Shown here: positions 19,512 to 29,376 of the stretch, one piece after another | How positions within the stretch are numbered: the stretch's first letter is position 1 | Layout: each line of letters begins with the position of its first letter | Origin: Myxococcota bacterium | GTDB taxonomy: Bacteria; Myxococcota; XYA12-FULL-58-9; JABJBS01 | Length of the DNA stretch: 64,000 nt | Assembly: GCA_036339465.1 (NCBI GenBank) | Contig: JAYZAY010000062.1 | Location: 64,001-128,000 of the forward strand | Direction of reading: 5' to 3' | The notes under the pieces: generated by a model | Database searches by the model: none | Seen by the model: only the letters and a program-made list of their open reading frames with translations | What the model was told of the DNA's origin: nothing | Made by a program: the position numbers and the translations under genes

Positions 19512-21719
19512 TTATTGGACCGGTTTTCTCAAATCCATAAATTTTGCACGTTCAATAAAATCATCGATTCTTTCGACTGCGCCCGCATTTGGTGCGAGGG
19601 AGCGGTATTGGGTGAAATAACCAATGGCTTCTGGATATTTACTTTGGTGGTAGTGGGCATCACCTAGGAGCTTGATGCGCTCCCCTTCAAAGATATCGGA
19701 ATCCATGGGAGACATGCTCATGAAGGTTTGAATGGCTTTTACGTAGTGACGTCGATTGAAGAAACATCGTCCTACTAAATAGTCTAATTCGGGGTTGGTG
19801 GTGCCTTTTTTCTTGAGTGCTTGGATTGTTTTGCAGACCTCTTTGTTTTTGTGTTGACCCAATAGATAATTCCTGAGGATGGTCTGAGTCTTCTTCTTTT
19901 GGGACAATGCCCACAAACTCATGGTTAGATAGCGGTAGTTGTCTTGCCCGGTTTTATGGAGAAGGGCGAGGGTGAAATGTTGCTTAGCAGTCTCTATTTC
20001 ACCCAAACGCCACAGAGTTTTACCCAAGAGGGTGTGGATTCGATTGAGTTGGTCTTCGTGAAGAAAATGCGATTCGATGAGTTTGGAACTCAGTTTGAGG
20101 AGTGCGTCGATTTGATTGGCCTGCGCCAATGCGTCGGCGAGATCGAGTTGAGAAGAGGGGGTGTCTCCTAGGAGGTCACAGATTTTCTGATAAACGGGAA
20201 GGGCTGTGTCTGGGCTTAAGCGCCGGGCTTCGCTTCGGAGACTGGCAATGACGTGGGCACAGGGTTTTTCAAGGATGCTGGGGGTTCTAAATTGTTTGGC
20301 TGCGGCTCGGCTTTCAATTTTGTCTACCTTGATGGTTTGGAGGTACGTTTTCCATTCGTCAGCCAAAGTGGACAGCGGTTTTCCGTAGTGGTTGGCGAAG
20401 TCTCCGGATTGGTAGCTTTTCACCAACCATTGTGGGGGGTAGTGGGTTCTGAGATACCGCATAAACGAACCTACTGTAGTGTAGGCTCGTCGGGGCGCAA
20501 CTTTCCAGAATCCAAATGAATTGAGTAGGTTTTCTAGTTTTGGGGCACGGTTATCTTGAAAAAGTGAGCGGGCCGCTTGGTGAATGGTGAGTTTGTTTCG
20601 ACTTGGGGTGAGTGCCTCTGCAAACCCTTCCACAACGCCCATGTTAATAAGGACTTCATGCTGAGCGCTCACACCAAGCCAACTTGTACCAAAATCCGAA
20701 GCCACGGCGTGGACGAGTTCATGGGCGAGTACAGAATGGGGGACCTTGGTACCATGAATATGGATTTCCTGGAGCCATGGTTTGGCAAACATGGTGTGAT
20801 AGCCGCCCATAAAAAATCGCTTTTTGTGGGCAGAAGCATAAACGTAGCTTCGGATTTTGGGGAGTGTTTTTAGTTCGAGTTTTTGCTGGAGCTGGCCCAG
20901 CCTGAAGAGATGGTCTTCGGTTAGGTTTTTTCGTTGGATTTTCGAGATACCCTTTCCGAAAAAGATCTGGACTTTGTCGTCTTCGTAGGTTTCTTGGAAG
21001 TGTTGTGCCATGGTGTCGTGGGTGAACCGATAACCATATTTGGGTTCCCAATGGGATTCTAAGGGCAGTAGGAGGGCGAGTATAATGAGATGAGCGCCTA
21101 GGATAGTGGGCCAAGTACACCGGTGGGAGACAAAGGTGAGACAAAATAACCCTAAGATACGTAATCCCGTATTGGCTCGGAACATCAGCAATTTGGTGTC
21201 GATACCGATGGCTTCATCGTAGATACTTCCGGCGAAATAACCGTAGAGGTGGTCAAAAATAAAAATGGGGGGGTGATGATAAAAACCCCAGATGTCCATC
21301 AATACCGGCACGATTAGGATGGCTGCGCTTACTTTCTTTTTATCATTGAAAGGAAGGCCTCGGACCCAAAGCCCCAAAGCATAACCGTAGAGGGTGCTCA
21401 CTACGGGCAGCAGCAAGAAGAACTCAAGGCCTTCGATATAATCACAATTTTGGACCCGAATGGTATTGGCAGACATGATGAAGAGAAAAGCCAAAAGGCC
21501 CATTAGTAGGGCTCGAAGGGGGGGGGGGACGATTCCTTGAGAAGCTTTTGGCGTTTGTCCGCACCAAAAACCGAGGGGCCCCACCACCAGTCCCAAAAAG
21601 AAGCTGGATTCGTAACCTAGAATATTCAGCAGGGGGGTCAAGGAGAATATGAGTCCGAGGCACGGGGGAATGGAGAGTAGGAGATACTCTTTTGGACTCT
21701 GTGGGCTAAGTCGTCGCAT
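19512..21719 (-). CDS. Membrane-anchored zinc metallopeptidase-like (HEXXH) protein with C-terminal TPRs
   Basis: About 6 N-terminal TM helices, LAHELVHAV followed by EGFAEAL (gluzincin-like third ligand), TPR-like helices. Confidence 0.7.
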   Translation of the reverse strand: MRRLSPQSPKEYLLLSIPPCLGLIFSLTPLLNILGYESSFFLGLVVGPLGFWCGQTPKASQGIVPPPLRALLMGLLAFLFIMSANTIRVQNCDYIEGLEFFLLLPVVSTLYGYALGLWVRGLPFNDKKKVSAAILIVPVLMDIWGFYHHPPIFIFDHLYGYFAGSIYDEAIGIDTKLLMFRANTGLRILGLFCLTFVSHRCTWPTILGAHLIILALLLPLESHWEPKYGYRFTHDTMAQHFQETYEDDKVQIFFGKGISKIQRKNLTEDHLFRLGQLQQKLELKTLPKIRSYVYASAHKKRFFMGGYHTMFAKPWLQEIHIHGTKVPHSVLAHELVHAVASDFGTSWLGVSAQHEVLINMGVVEGFAEALTPSRNKLTIHQAARSLFQDNRAPKLENLLNSFGFWKVAPRRAYTTVGSFMRYLRTHYPPQWLVKSYQSGDFANHYGKPLSTLADEWKTYLQTIKVDKIESRAAAKQFRTPSILEKPCAHVIASLRSEARRLSPDTALPVYQKICDLLGDTPSSQLDLADALAQANQIDALLKLSSKLIESHFLHEDQLNRIHTLLGKTLWRLGEIETAKQHFTLALLHKTGQDNYRYLTMSLWALSQKKKTQTILRNYLLGQHKNKEVCKTIQALKKKGTTNPELDYLVGRCFFNRRHYVKAIQTFMSMSPMDSDIFEGERIKLLGDAHYHQSKYPEAIGYFTQYRSLAPNAGAVERIDDFIERAKFMDLRKPVQ

Positions 21720-21734
21720 CTTGGCGTCTACTTC

Positions 21735-22292
21735 TCAGTGGGCGGTGAAGGGGGGAGGAATGATCAGTTGGTGGCCCACCTTAATCTCGTGGCGAGCGCA
21801 GTATCCGCCGGGTAGTTCCAACACGAATCGAGAGGGTTGCTTTGTACCTCGAGAGGTTGTGGTCATGGGTTTGGCGTTGGCGACGATGTGAATGATTTTA
21901 AGGTTGTCATTCACAAAGAGCATGTCGAGGGGAATGAGGGTGTTTTTCATCCAGAAGGAGTGGGGCTCGGATTTAGGAAAGATAAAGAGCATGCCATGAT
22001 GGGGCGCTAGGCTTTTTCGGTTCATGAGGCCCTGGGATCGGGCTTTGGGTGTCGAGGCTATTTCCGCTCTAATAATCAGCGATTTTTCTGGGCCACGAAT
22101 TTCAATTCGACGGCTGCTTTGTGCAATTGGACCAGCGACAACCGAGGATGATGCGAGGATGATTCCCAGTAGGAACAATGGTTTGTAGCTTCTTGAATAT
22201 GTTTTACGGATCACTCTTTTCTCTCCGCCGGATCGAATCATGGGGCCTGTTGATGGCTGATTGTAAGTACGCCCCTTAGGTAGAACTTTCAA
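21735..22292 (-). CDS. DUF192 family protein
   Basis: AEIASTP...GLMNR...GMLFIF...FWMKNTLIPLDMLF...VLELPGG; true start probably GTG 22214 (GGAG RBS). Confidence 0.9.
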   Translation of the reverse strand: MKVLPKGRTYNQPSTGPMIRSGGEKRVIRKTYSRSYKPLFLLGIILASSSVVAGPIAQSSRRIEIRGPEKSLIIRAEIASTPKARSQGLMNRKSLAPHHGMLFIFPKSEPHSFWMKNTLIPLDMLFVNDNLKIIHIVANAKPMTTTSRGTKQPSRFVLELPGGYCARHEIKVGHQLIIPPPFTAH

Positions 22293-22404
22293 GGCTCTAT
22301 GGTTTTCACGGCTTGCGCAACTTTTGGTCCATAAGGTGATTGTTTGAGGGCGAGAGACTTGGTCTAATGTCGAATATGCCGACCTTGGATTAAGCTATTT
22401 TGAA

Positions 22405-24156
22405 TTGGATGCTATGGGGACCCTTTTTGCAATTATGGGGCTAGTTTCTCTCGTAGGTGCTGCTCCTCAGACCACATTGGAGTCTCAATGTCGTCTAAGG
22501 GACGCGCTTCCTCTTTTGGTTCAGGCCTTACCTCCCACCACGGAATTGGCAAGAAAGCATTGGGCCTCATTGGATGGGGAATCGGAGGTTATCGTTAATC
22601 TTAGGGCCCTACAAGAGTTTGGTTATCCATGGATAGCTTATGCGATGACGCATCTACTTTTGAGAGAGGATGGGGCTTCAGCCTGGGAGCCATCGAGCGA
22701 GGAGGAGCAATTGATTTTTCGTCTCCACACGGAAACCGGAAAATGGGGGGATTATATTGAGCTTTTGGTGGACCAAAAATTACGGGTCCCAGAAAGCCAC
22801 AAAGAAGAGTTTTTTATTCGAGAAGCGCGCTATTTACTAAGCTTTGCCACAGCAAACCATCAAGGCAGAGCTCGGGACCAGGTGGCGGGATTGATGGATT
22901 TTGGGAAATCTATGCAGGCTGTTTTACGGGTTGAAAATCCACAAGCCGAAAAACAAGAGGCTGGAAGCTCAGGGGGGCAAAAACCAGGGCTTGAGCAATT
23001 TGATATTGTTTTTGATTTTGATAATGGTCAGGGCTCTTTTGCTCAAGGAGCGTCGTCGGAGCTAGAGTTTTCGGAATCGCGATATATCAATGGCGATGGG
23101 CGAATCATCAACGAGGCTCGGTGGAGGAACGCATTAACGCCTATCGAAGTGATGGCCACCGTCCACACGATGGTGGCGCGCGCGAATCAGACGGGGCAAG
23201 GCCGGGTGAAGGCCTTCATGTTGAAGGCGATCGCCTCTTATCTCGCATCGAACCCAACCAATGCGATTAAGTATTTTGAGGAAGCCTTTGGGCGTTATGT
23301 ACAGTCAGGGGTGGCAGAAGATGATCGGCTTTTGAATTATTTTCGCGTGATGGTGGCGCGATTAAATTACGAGATCGGTTTGTTTGAAAAGAGTCTGAGT
23401 TGGTACGAAAAAGTTTACGAGCGCTCATCATGGCGGGAGACGGCTCGCCAGGAAAGGTTGTGGGCTTTGTTGCGACTGAATCGTTCGAGGGAGCTTCAAA
23501 AAGCCTTGAAAGAGTTTTCTGAAGAACGAGTTGGGGGCTTGGGTTTACTTGATTTGGGTATTGTCAGGGTATCAAACGCTATTGTTGATTGTAAATTGGC
23601 TACGGCACAACAACTTCTTGAATCCTATGTGAGGGACTCTTTTGCGTTGCTTCAGGAAGTGAAATCGGTGGTAAAGGTTGTCGGTGGGCGTGAGAGAGCA
23701 GGGGACTCTCGGGTTCTGTCTGTAAAATTGGATCAGATCATTCATTCGGTATTGATGGCGCCATCGGTGATTCGCATTCGGCGATCATTGCGGGAAATCG
23801 TGACCGAAATCAGTATGGCTCGGAAGGTTGATCGAGGAGCTCGCTCCATCGACCGCGTGTTGGATCTCTTGATGAGTGAGTCTGTTATGCAACAAAAAAT
23901 CTTGCAACAGGAGCTCCTAAAAAATTGGGAGCGCACCTATAAGGCCATCGACCAATATCTGGGCGTTGGGTTGGACCTGTTGGTGGTTTTGGACCGCCTC
24001 CAAAGTGGCGAAGGCAGTGGGGAGCTCATGGCGAGTTCGAAGAAAATTGAAAACCGAGGTGGAAGGGTTGAGGAAGTTATGGAAGACTTTGAACCGGATA
24101 AGGCTTTTCTAATGCGAACCATAGCGAACTGTCAGGAATTGAATATTGCCCGATGA
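22405..24156 (+). CDS. Divergent GltC-like secreted TPR protein
   Basis: Signal-peptide-like N-terminus. ARLNYEIGLFEKSLSWYEKV...ERLWA...VDC aligns with GRLMYGVANYDASSHYYGEI...ENAWS...VAC of the GltC at 49783; end FLMRTIANCQE vs YFQHTIRSECD. Confidence 0.65.
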   Translation: MDAMGTLFAIMGLVSLVGAAPQTTLESQCRLRDALPLLVQALPPTTELARKHWASLDGESEVIVNLRALQEFGYPWIAYAMTHLLLREDGASAWEPSSEEEQLIFRLHTETGKWGDYIELLVDQKLRVPESHKEEFFIREARYLLSFATANHQGRARDQVAGLMDFGKSMQAVLRVENPQAEKQEAGSSGGQKPGLEQFDIVFDFDNGQGSFAQGASSELEFSESRYINGDGRIINEARWRNALTPIEVMATVHTMVARANQTGQGRVKAFMLKAIASYLASNPTNAIKYFEEAFGRYVQSGVAEDDRLLNYFRVMVARLNYEIGLFEKSLSWYEKVYERSSWRETARQERLWALLRLNRSRELQKALKEFSEERVGGLGLLDLGIVRVSNAIVDCKLATAQQLLESYVRDSFALLQEVKSVVKVVGGRERAGDSRVLSVKLDQIIHSVLMAPSVIRIRRSLREIVTEISMARKVDRGARSIDRVLDLLMSESVMQQKILQQELLKNWERTYKAIDQYLGVGLDLLVVLDRLQSGEGSGELMASSKKIENRGGRVEEVMEDFEPDKAFLMRTIANCQELNIAR

Positions 24157-27100
24157 ACTATTTCTTTCATAGTTTGCATCGTGGTTTTGCCTACTTGTGT
24201 GGAGTTGTGGGTGTCGCATTGATTGCACTTCCCACAGCCTTTGCGGAGGAGGCGCCATTTTGGAAAACAAAATTGTTGGAGCGCAACAACCGCTTTGTTA
24301 CGAGTTATATTCAGTATTGGACCAATTCGGACGATAACCACCGACTTTATGATTTATTGGATGGGAGATTGGAAGAGGCGGTATGGCGTCATACCGAGTC
24401 TTCCAAAAAAGCGAGAAGAACCAGCCTTGACAGTGAATTGAAAGCGCTCAAGGAGCGTGAGCGATTGGTTGGGCAGGTGGATATTTGCGGTCATGGACTA
24501 GAGGCATCCTTGGGCATGGCTGAGGCTTATAAAGTTCTAAGTTTAGAACATATTAAGAAAGGCCGAACGACGTCGCCGTTGGGGCGGGAGTACCTAAATG
24601 AGTCTACCATCGTATATCTAAAGGAAGCAGAACGTATACTCGGAGGTATTGCTCAGCAGTGCTCCATGGGTGAACGCACCGCTTATGTTTGGCTGTCTTT
24701 GGGAGAGATTCACTTATTACTGCAAGAATATGACCAGGCAGCAGTCTATGTTCGAGATTTCATAACCGAATACCCTTATCTAGATGACAGTGAAAAAGCA
24801 TGGTTTTTTGCGGGTGAAATCTATTTCTCTAAACAAGATTTTTCAAAGGCGGCTCGGGCTTATGAACAAGTGTTGCGCTACGAAGGACCTATTTCAGCGT
24901 TGGCGCTTTATCGAATTGGTTTACTTCATGGATTTATGAAAAAACAGATGACGGCCATTCAATATTTCTCGAAAGCATACAATCTCATTGCAATAACCAA
25001 GAATCCCAATTCGAGTACGACACATATAGGTAGCCTTGAGATAAAAAGGGGAGTGCTAAATGCGATATGTGATGTTTTGATCAGAAAGGTCATTGATGGA
25101 GGGCACTCGGCAAAAGAACGGCTGGATTTGTGGACTTTGTTTCTTCGGGAGATTCAATCTGTGGACTTGCGGGAGGCTGTCGAACTCACGGTTTTATTTC
25201 GAATTCTGGACCGCCATCGTGGTGATCAGCTAAAGACATATTTCACGTTGCCTCAGATTGGTAAATCGGCTTCCATTGGAAGCCTGAGGCAATTTGTAGA
25301 AAATTTGTTCTTGTCCAAACCTTCGAGCGACTTTCACCGGCGTAAAGCGACAGATAATTCACATCACTTTATTAAACTCTTATGTGATGGGCGCGGAGAT
25401 GATGTCATCTTACGTGGTGTTCGTTGTCGCCGGGCTTGGAGGATCGGTTTCAGAAGTTATCTCAGGTACTTACATGGGCTTGGGGAATATCAAGGCCGTG
25501 ATGATTTTCGGGATTCTTTGGAGCGTGTTTTAATTCAGACCTACCGAGAAGTTCCTAAATCATGGAATCTCCTGCCGTGGTTGGTGACTGAGAGTCAATT
25601 GCTTGCCCGTGGGTTTGAAGTCCGAGATATTCCTCAGCCCCTCAAAGGGGCATTTCGTCACGTAGACTTAAGTGAATATTTTTATGAGTTGACGCACTGG
25701 TTGGGGTGGGTGAATCTTGAGCGGGGACGTCGATTATTGATGGCTTCAGAAGGTTTAGGCCATTCTGAGACGATTCATCTCAATATGTTTTGGGGGCGTC
25801 CAACTGAGGAGATAGGGGCCGAATCCCTCGTGAATTTTTTTCGCGCCAGTGGAAATCAGTGGTCACCCGGGCAGGCTATGGCGTTGTTTTCGACTTACAG
25901 TCTTGAGTTTGCTCGGTTGGGGGCGAAGTCGCTTGTCAGTGAATGGAGGAAAGGGGTTCAGGATGAATCTTGGTATGCTGCGGAAGGGCATGCCTGGGTT
26001 GGGTTGACCTTAGATACTTTGTGTGCAGAAAAACCCTCGCAGAAAATCACCCTTGAGGCATTTTTGAAGGGGTCAGCTTCGATCTCAAATGGGGCCTTAG
26101 AACCTGTCATGATTGGTTTTGGGGCGTTGCTTGAAAGGAGTGGTGGACCACTCTGGGCCCATAAATGGTGGTCTTCTATAGAAGAACGCTTGAGCTCAAG
26201 CGCCAAAGAAAATATCGTTGTCAAAATCGGAATGAATATTGTGTTGGCGACGGAGGCTTTGAAAAGGGGAGATTGGGAGCGAGCTGAAGAATCGTTGGTC
26301 CACATTATTACTTCGGAATTTAAGGCAGTAGAGGCGGTACCTGTGGGGGTTTTTGATCGAGCCAGACTAAAACTCGCTCAGACTAAGGAGCGGCAGGGCC
26401 AATATGTAGAGGGAGCACAGGCTTGGTTTAAGGTAGCAGGCCAAAACACTCTTTCCAATGACCGCTTATTAGGATTAAAGCGCGGTCTTGAAATAACCGT
26501 TCACCAACGTGATCCTCTTCTTCTAAAAAAGAGCACCGAGTTAAAACCTATTTGGAAGGCGCTTAATCTTCAGGCCACTGATTCACAGGACCCATGTGTT
26601 TGGGTAGGGGATTTAGTGAGTCAGTGGGCCAATGTTTCAAATGGTGGCCGCGCGGACTTGGAGCAGATGACGCTTCTTTCACAGCACGGCCACGCTTGTT
26701 ATCGCAATGTGTTGAGTTCGCCAGCAGTTTTGGTTGAACGTACCAAGGCATGTCAGGTCACGGCGAATTGGCGAGAGCTCATAGAGCATGGTCGTATCTA
26801 TGATGTTAATTACAAAGTATTGCTAGAGGATTTTGGCAAGTTTTCACGAAAACTCTTAAGCACGGCGTCCAAGGGAAATGTTGTGGCTTGTGAGGTGTTG
26901 TCGGGCTGGCAATCTTTGGACGAAGGGAGACTTTTGTTAAGGAAATTTGAGAGTCATACATTGAAGTTAAGAGCGAGTAAGAAAATCAACGTCGCAGCAA
27001 AACGATTTAGTGCGATAGTCCAGAAACTCTCAAAGTTATTTACCAAAGCCGTCGCGAAACTCGTTGAACTCGAAAATCATTCATCGGGTATTGTTCGGTA

Positions 27101-27365
27101 TTTGGCATTATCAGACATAGGGCGTCTCTATGCCACAATGGGAATAAGAATTGACCATTTGACCAACAGAGCCAGCAGTGCTTTGGAGAAGGAAGGTCAA
27201 AGTATATTTCATGAAATGGTGCAAGCACAAATGGCTGAACTTCGGAATCAAAAAGCCGTCTACATGCGGGCTGCTTCATCTCTTTTGGAACAACTTGGGC
27301 CTCGCGAAAAGTGGTTACGATTTGTCACGATTCCTCCCTTAGGCCGTTCTGCTTCGGATGGTTAA
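24153..27365 (+). CDS. Divergent GltD (AgmU)-like secreted TPR protein
   Basis: Signal peptide; 1070 aa vs 1090 aa for the GltD at 51341. AWFFAGEIYF...KAARAY...ALYRIG matches AWLQLGEHYF...KAVKAY...ALYKLA; C-terminal EQLGPREKWL matches YELGLYNDWL. Confidence 0.7.
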   Translation: MNYFFHSLHRGFAYLCGVVGVALIALPTAFAEEAPFWKTKLLERNNRFVTSYIQYWTNSDDNHRLYDLLDGRLEEAVWRHTESSKKARRTSLDSELKALKERERLVGQVDICGHGLEASLGMAEAYKVLSLEHIKKGRTTSPLGREYLNESTIVYLKEAERILGGIAQQCSMGERTAYVWLSLGEIHLLLQEYDQAAVYVRDFITEYPYLDDSEKAWFFAGEIYFSKQDFSKAARAYEQVLRYEGPISALALYRIGLLHGFMKKQMTAIQYFSKAYNLIAITKNPNSSTTHIGSLEIKRGVLNAICDVLIRKVIDGGHSAKERLDLWTLFLREIQSVDLREAVELTVLFRILDRHRGDQLKTYFTLPQIGKSASIGSLRQFVENLFLSKPSSDFHRRKATDNSHHFIKLLCDGRGDDVILRGVRCRRAWRIGFRSYLRYLHGLGEYQGRDDFRDSLERVLIQTYREVPKSWNLLPWLVTESQLLARGFEVRDIPQPLKGAFRHVDLSEYFYELTHWLGWVNLERGRRLLMASEGLGHSETIHLNMFWGRPTEEIGAESLVNFFRASGNQWSPGQAMALFSTYSLEFARLGAKSLVSEWRKGVQDESWYAAEGHAWVGLTLDTLCAEKPSQKITLEAFLKGSASISNGALEPVMIGFGALLERSGGPLWAHKWWSSIEERLSSSAKENIVVKIGMNIVLATEALKRGDWERAEESLVHIITSEFKAVEAVPVGVFDRARLKLAQTKERQGQYVEGAQAWFKVAGQNTLSNDRLLGLKRGLEITVHQRDPLLLKKSTELKPIWKALNLQATDSQDPCVWVGDLVSQWANVSNGGRADLEQMTLLSQHGHACYRNVLSSPAVLVERTKACQVTANWRELIEHGRIYDVNYKVLLEDFGKFSRKLLSTASKGNVVACEVLSGWQSLDEGRLLLRKFESHTLKLRASKKINVAAKRFSAIVQKLSKLFTKAVAKLVELENHSSGIVRYLALSDIGRLYATMGIRIDHLTNRASSALEKEGQSIFHEMVQAQMAELRNQKAVYMRAASSLLEQLGPREKWLRFVTIPPLGRSASDG

Positions 27366-27482
27366 GTTCAAAAATTACGGATGCTTATGCGAGCTTCTCT
27401 GTGAGGAAGGACTTCTACCTACCTTTGACCACTTCCGTGACTACCCGCTTTTGGTTACGCTAGTAGGAGTAGAACAAATTCG

Positions 27483-27764
27483 GTGGTTCAGCCCATGATG
27501 AGAGGTTTGATTGTTGCTATTGTCCTGATGGGCACAGTTGGGCCTGTACATGCCGACACCGGGAAATTGTCGCCGAAATCCGCAGCTCCAGTGATAAAAC
27601 TTGAGGGCTTTGAGGTCCGGGTGGATGGGGCTCTACCCATGTCATTGTATTTGGAGCGACGGGCGAATCAACGATTGGCACTTCTCTTGAGAGTTCGGGT
27701 CAGATTTAGAAATGAGTTAATTCAGAGTTTTGAAATGTTCTTGGACCGATATGACAGTTTTTGA
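27483..27764 (+). CDS. Divergent GltF-like small secreted protein
   Basis: VIKLEGFEVRVDGALPMSLYLERR...LLRVRVRFRNEL aligns with VIDLSAAVIEGDLTRPEGSYIVNR...LIQERKDFLDEL; AGGAG upstream; directly precedes a GltG-like gene. Confidence 0.65.
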   Translation: MVQPMMRGLIVAIVLMGTVGPVHADTGKLSPKSAAPVIKLEGFEVRVDGALPMSLYLERRANQRLALLLRVRVRFRNELIQSFEMFLDRYDSF

Positions 27765-29343
27765 AGAGCTAGAGCTATTCCTCGCCGTTTATTCCGAGGG
27801 GAATGTTAGAGAGTACCGTTTTGCTTCGGGACTCAACCCACGGATTCGTCTCGGTGTGGGGTATGGCAATGAGTTAGAGCTTGTGGGTAACCGAATTGGT
27901 CGAGTTCATGCTGTTTTGGAAGTAGGTGGCGGTACAATCTCTTTGGTCGATATGGGGACGATACTGGGGACTAAGGTTAATGGTCTTTTGGTGGAGCGGG
28001 TGCTTTTGAATCATGGAGATGAGATAGGTATTGCCGATGTGGTGATTCGGTGTGGGATCAATGAACGTATCATTACCTCTGAAGCTACGACGAATAACGG
28101 TCAAGATATGGGCTTTGGTTCAGAGTCGGGTGGGAATGAAGATGTCGAAAAATATCCTGTGGTTGATCTGCAATTGTTGTCGGGTGGGGTGGCTGTTCAA
28201 TATGAGTGTTTGTCTATGGGGGAAACCTTTAGGATTGGTTCGGGGAAAAGGTCCGATTTCCTTTGGCCTATTACCAATTTTGAGGAAACAGATTTTTCCT
28301 TGATAGAGGGGGATGGCCAAGAAAAATCAGTGCTTAAGCTTTTACCTGGAATGGTGGGGGTCTGTAATCGTCAGGGGGGATCGCATCGGATCGATAATCA
28401 ATATTTCCAGCATGGCTCAGAAATTTCGATACCCCTGAACCCTCAAGATTTTGGGAGCCTACTTTTGGAGGGTCTAGAAATCCGGTACCGGGTAGAGCTG
28501 TTGCCCGCCTTGACATCCATCGGATTCACGACGCGTGTTTTTTCGTATTTCTCTCAGATTTTGGTGGCCAGTTTGGTGTTCCACCTCATCTTCATTTTAG
28601 GTCTTATGAGGATTCCGATTTCTGACCCATTTCCCGATCATGGTTTTGTACAACCCCAGGACAGATTTGCGCGGTTATTGGTTTCAAACGAGACATTTCA
28701 ATCCCCAGCGCATGTAAAATTCGGGTCTCATGTGTTGACGAAGAAAAACCGAGTTCAGTTGCAGAAATTAGACCTAAAAAAATTGGTGAAAAAGAGGCGA
28801 AAGGAGGCCAAGAAATATCTGGGACGCGCGATGCATCGATTGAGTCATTCGATTACAAGACCATTGTCTGCATTGGGTTCCTTGGAAAGTGCAGGCGTAG
28901 CGGCTATGGGCTTTGAGCCAAGTCATGGGGGTGGCAAAGCATCCTATCTTGTGGTTGAGGATTTAGATAAAACGGAGGCATTTTCATTGGTCTCTGTTGT
29001 GGGTGCGGATGCTGATGGTGGACGAGGCGGTTTAAGTGAGATGAGTTTAACACAACGATATCAAAAGACCGTTCAAAGACAAGTTCACCGATACCTAGAT
29101 GATATTCAGCGTTGCTATATTACCTTGAAGCCGGTCCATGGTGACAGCCACGAAGAGATCAGTTTGGTATGGGAGATATCTCAGAGTGGTAAAGTAAAGG
29201 GAAAACCAAAGATTCATGGTATGTATAAAGGGTTCCAGCGGGTTAGACACTGTATGCAAACAGCCATTAAGGCTTGGCAGTTTGAAAGCCATGCTTTGGG
29301 CAAGAGTATAAGAGTAGAATATACGTTCCGATTGACGGGTTAA
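27751..29343 (+). CDS. Divergent GltG (PglI)-like protein: FHA-like domain, TM helix, TonB-C-like domain
   Basis: HAVLE...DMG...GTKVNG...GDEI (FHA fold); TM SLVFHLIFIL; DRFARLLV matches NRFAQLIL of the GltG at 56392; IQRCY...CM...AWQF...VEYTFRL. Confidence 0.8.
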   Translation: MTVFEELELFLAVYSEGNVREYRFASGLNPRIRLGVGYGNELELVGNRIGRVHAVLEVGGGTISLVDMGTILGTKVNGLLVERVLLNHGDEIGIADVVIRCGINERIITSEATTNNGQDMGFGSESGGNEDVEKYPVVDLQLLSGGVAVQYECLSMGETFRIGSGKRSDFLWPITNFEETDFSLIEGDGQEKSVLKLLPGMVGVCNRQGGSHRIDNQYFQHGSEISIPLNPQDFGSLLLEGLEIRYRVELLPALTSIGFTTRVFSYFSQILVASLVFHLIFILGLMRIPISDPFPDHGFVQPQDRFARLLVSNETFQSPAHVKFGSHVLTKKNRVQLQKLDLKKLVKKRRKEAKKYLGRAMHRLSHSITRPLSALGSLESAGVAAMGFEPSHGGGKASYLVVEDLDKTEAFSLVSVVGADADGGRGGLSEMSLTQRYQKTVQRQVHRYLDDIQRCYITLKPVHGDSHEEISLVWEISQSGKVKGKPKIHGMYKGFQRVRHCMQTAIKAWQFESHALGKSIRVEYTFRLTG

Positions 29344-29376
29344 TTTTTGTGTTTTTCTCTAAGATCTTAATATATT

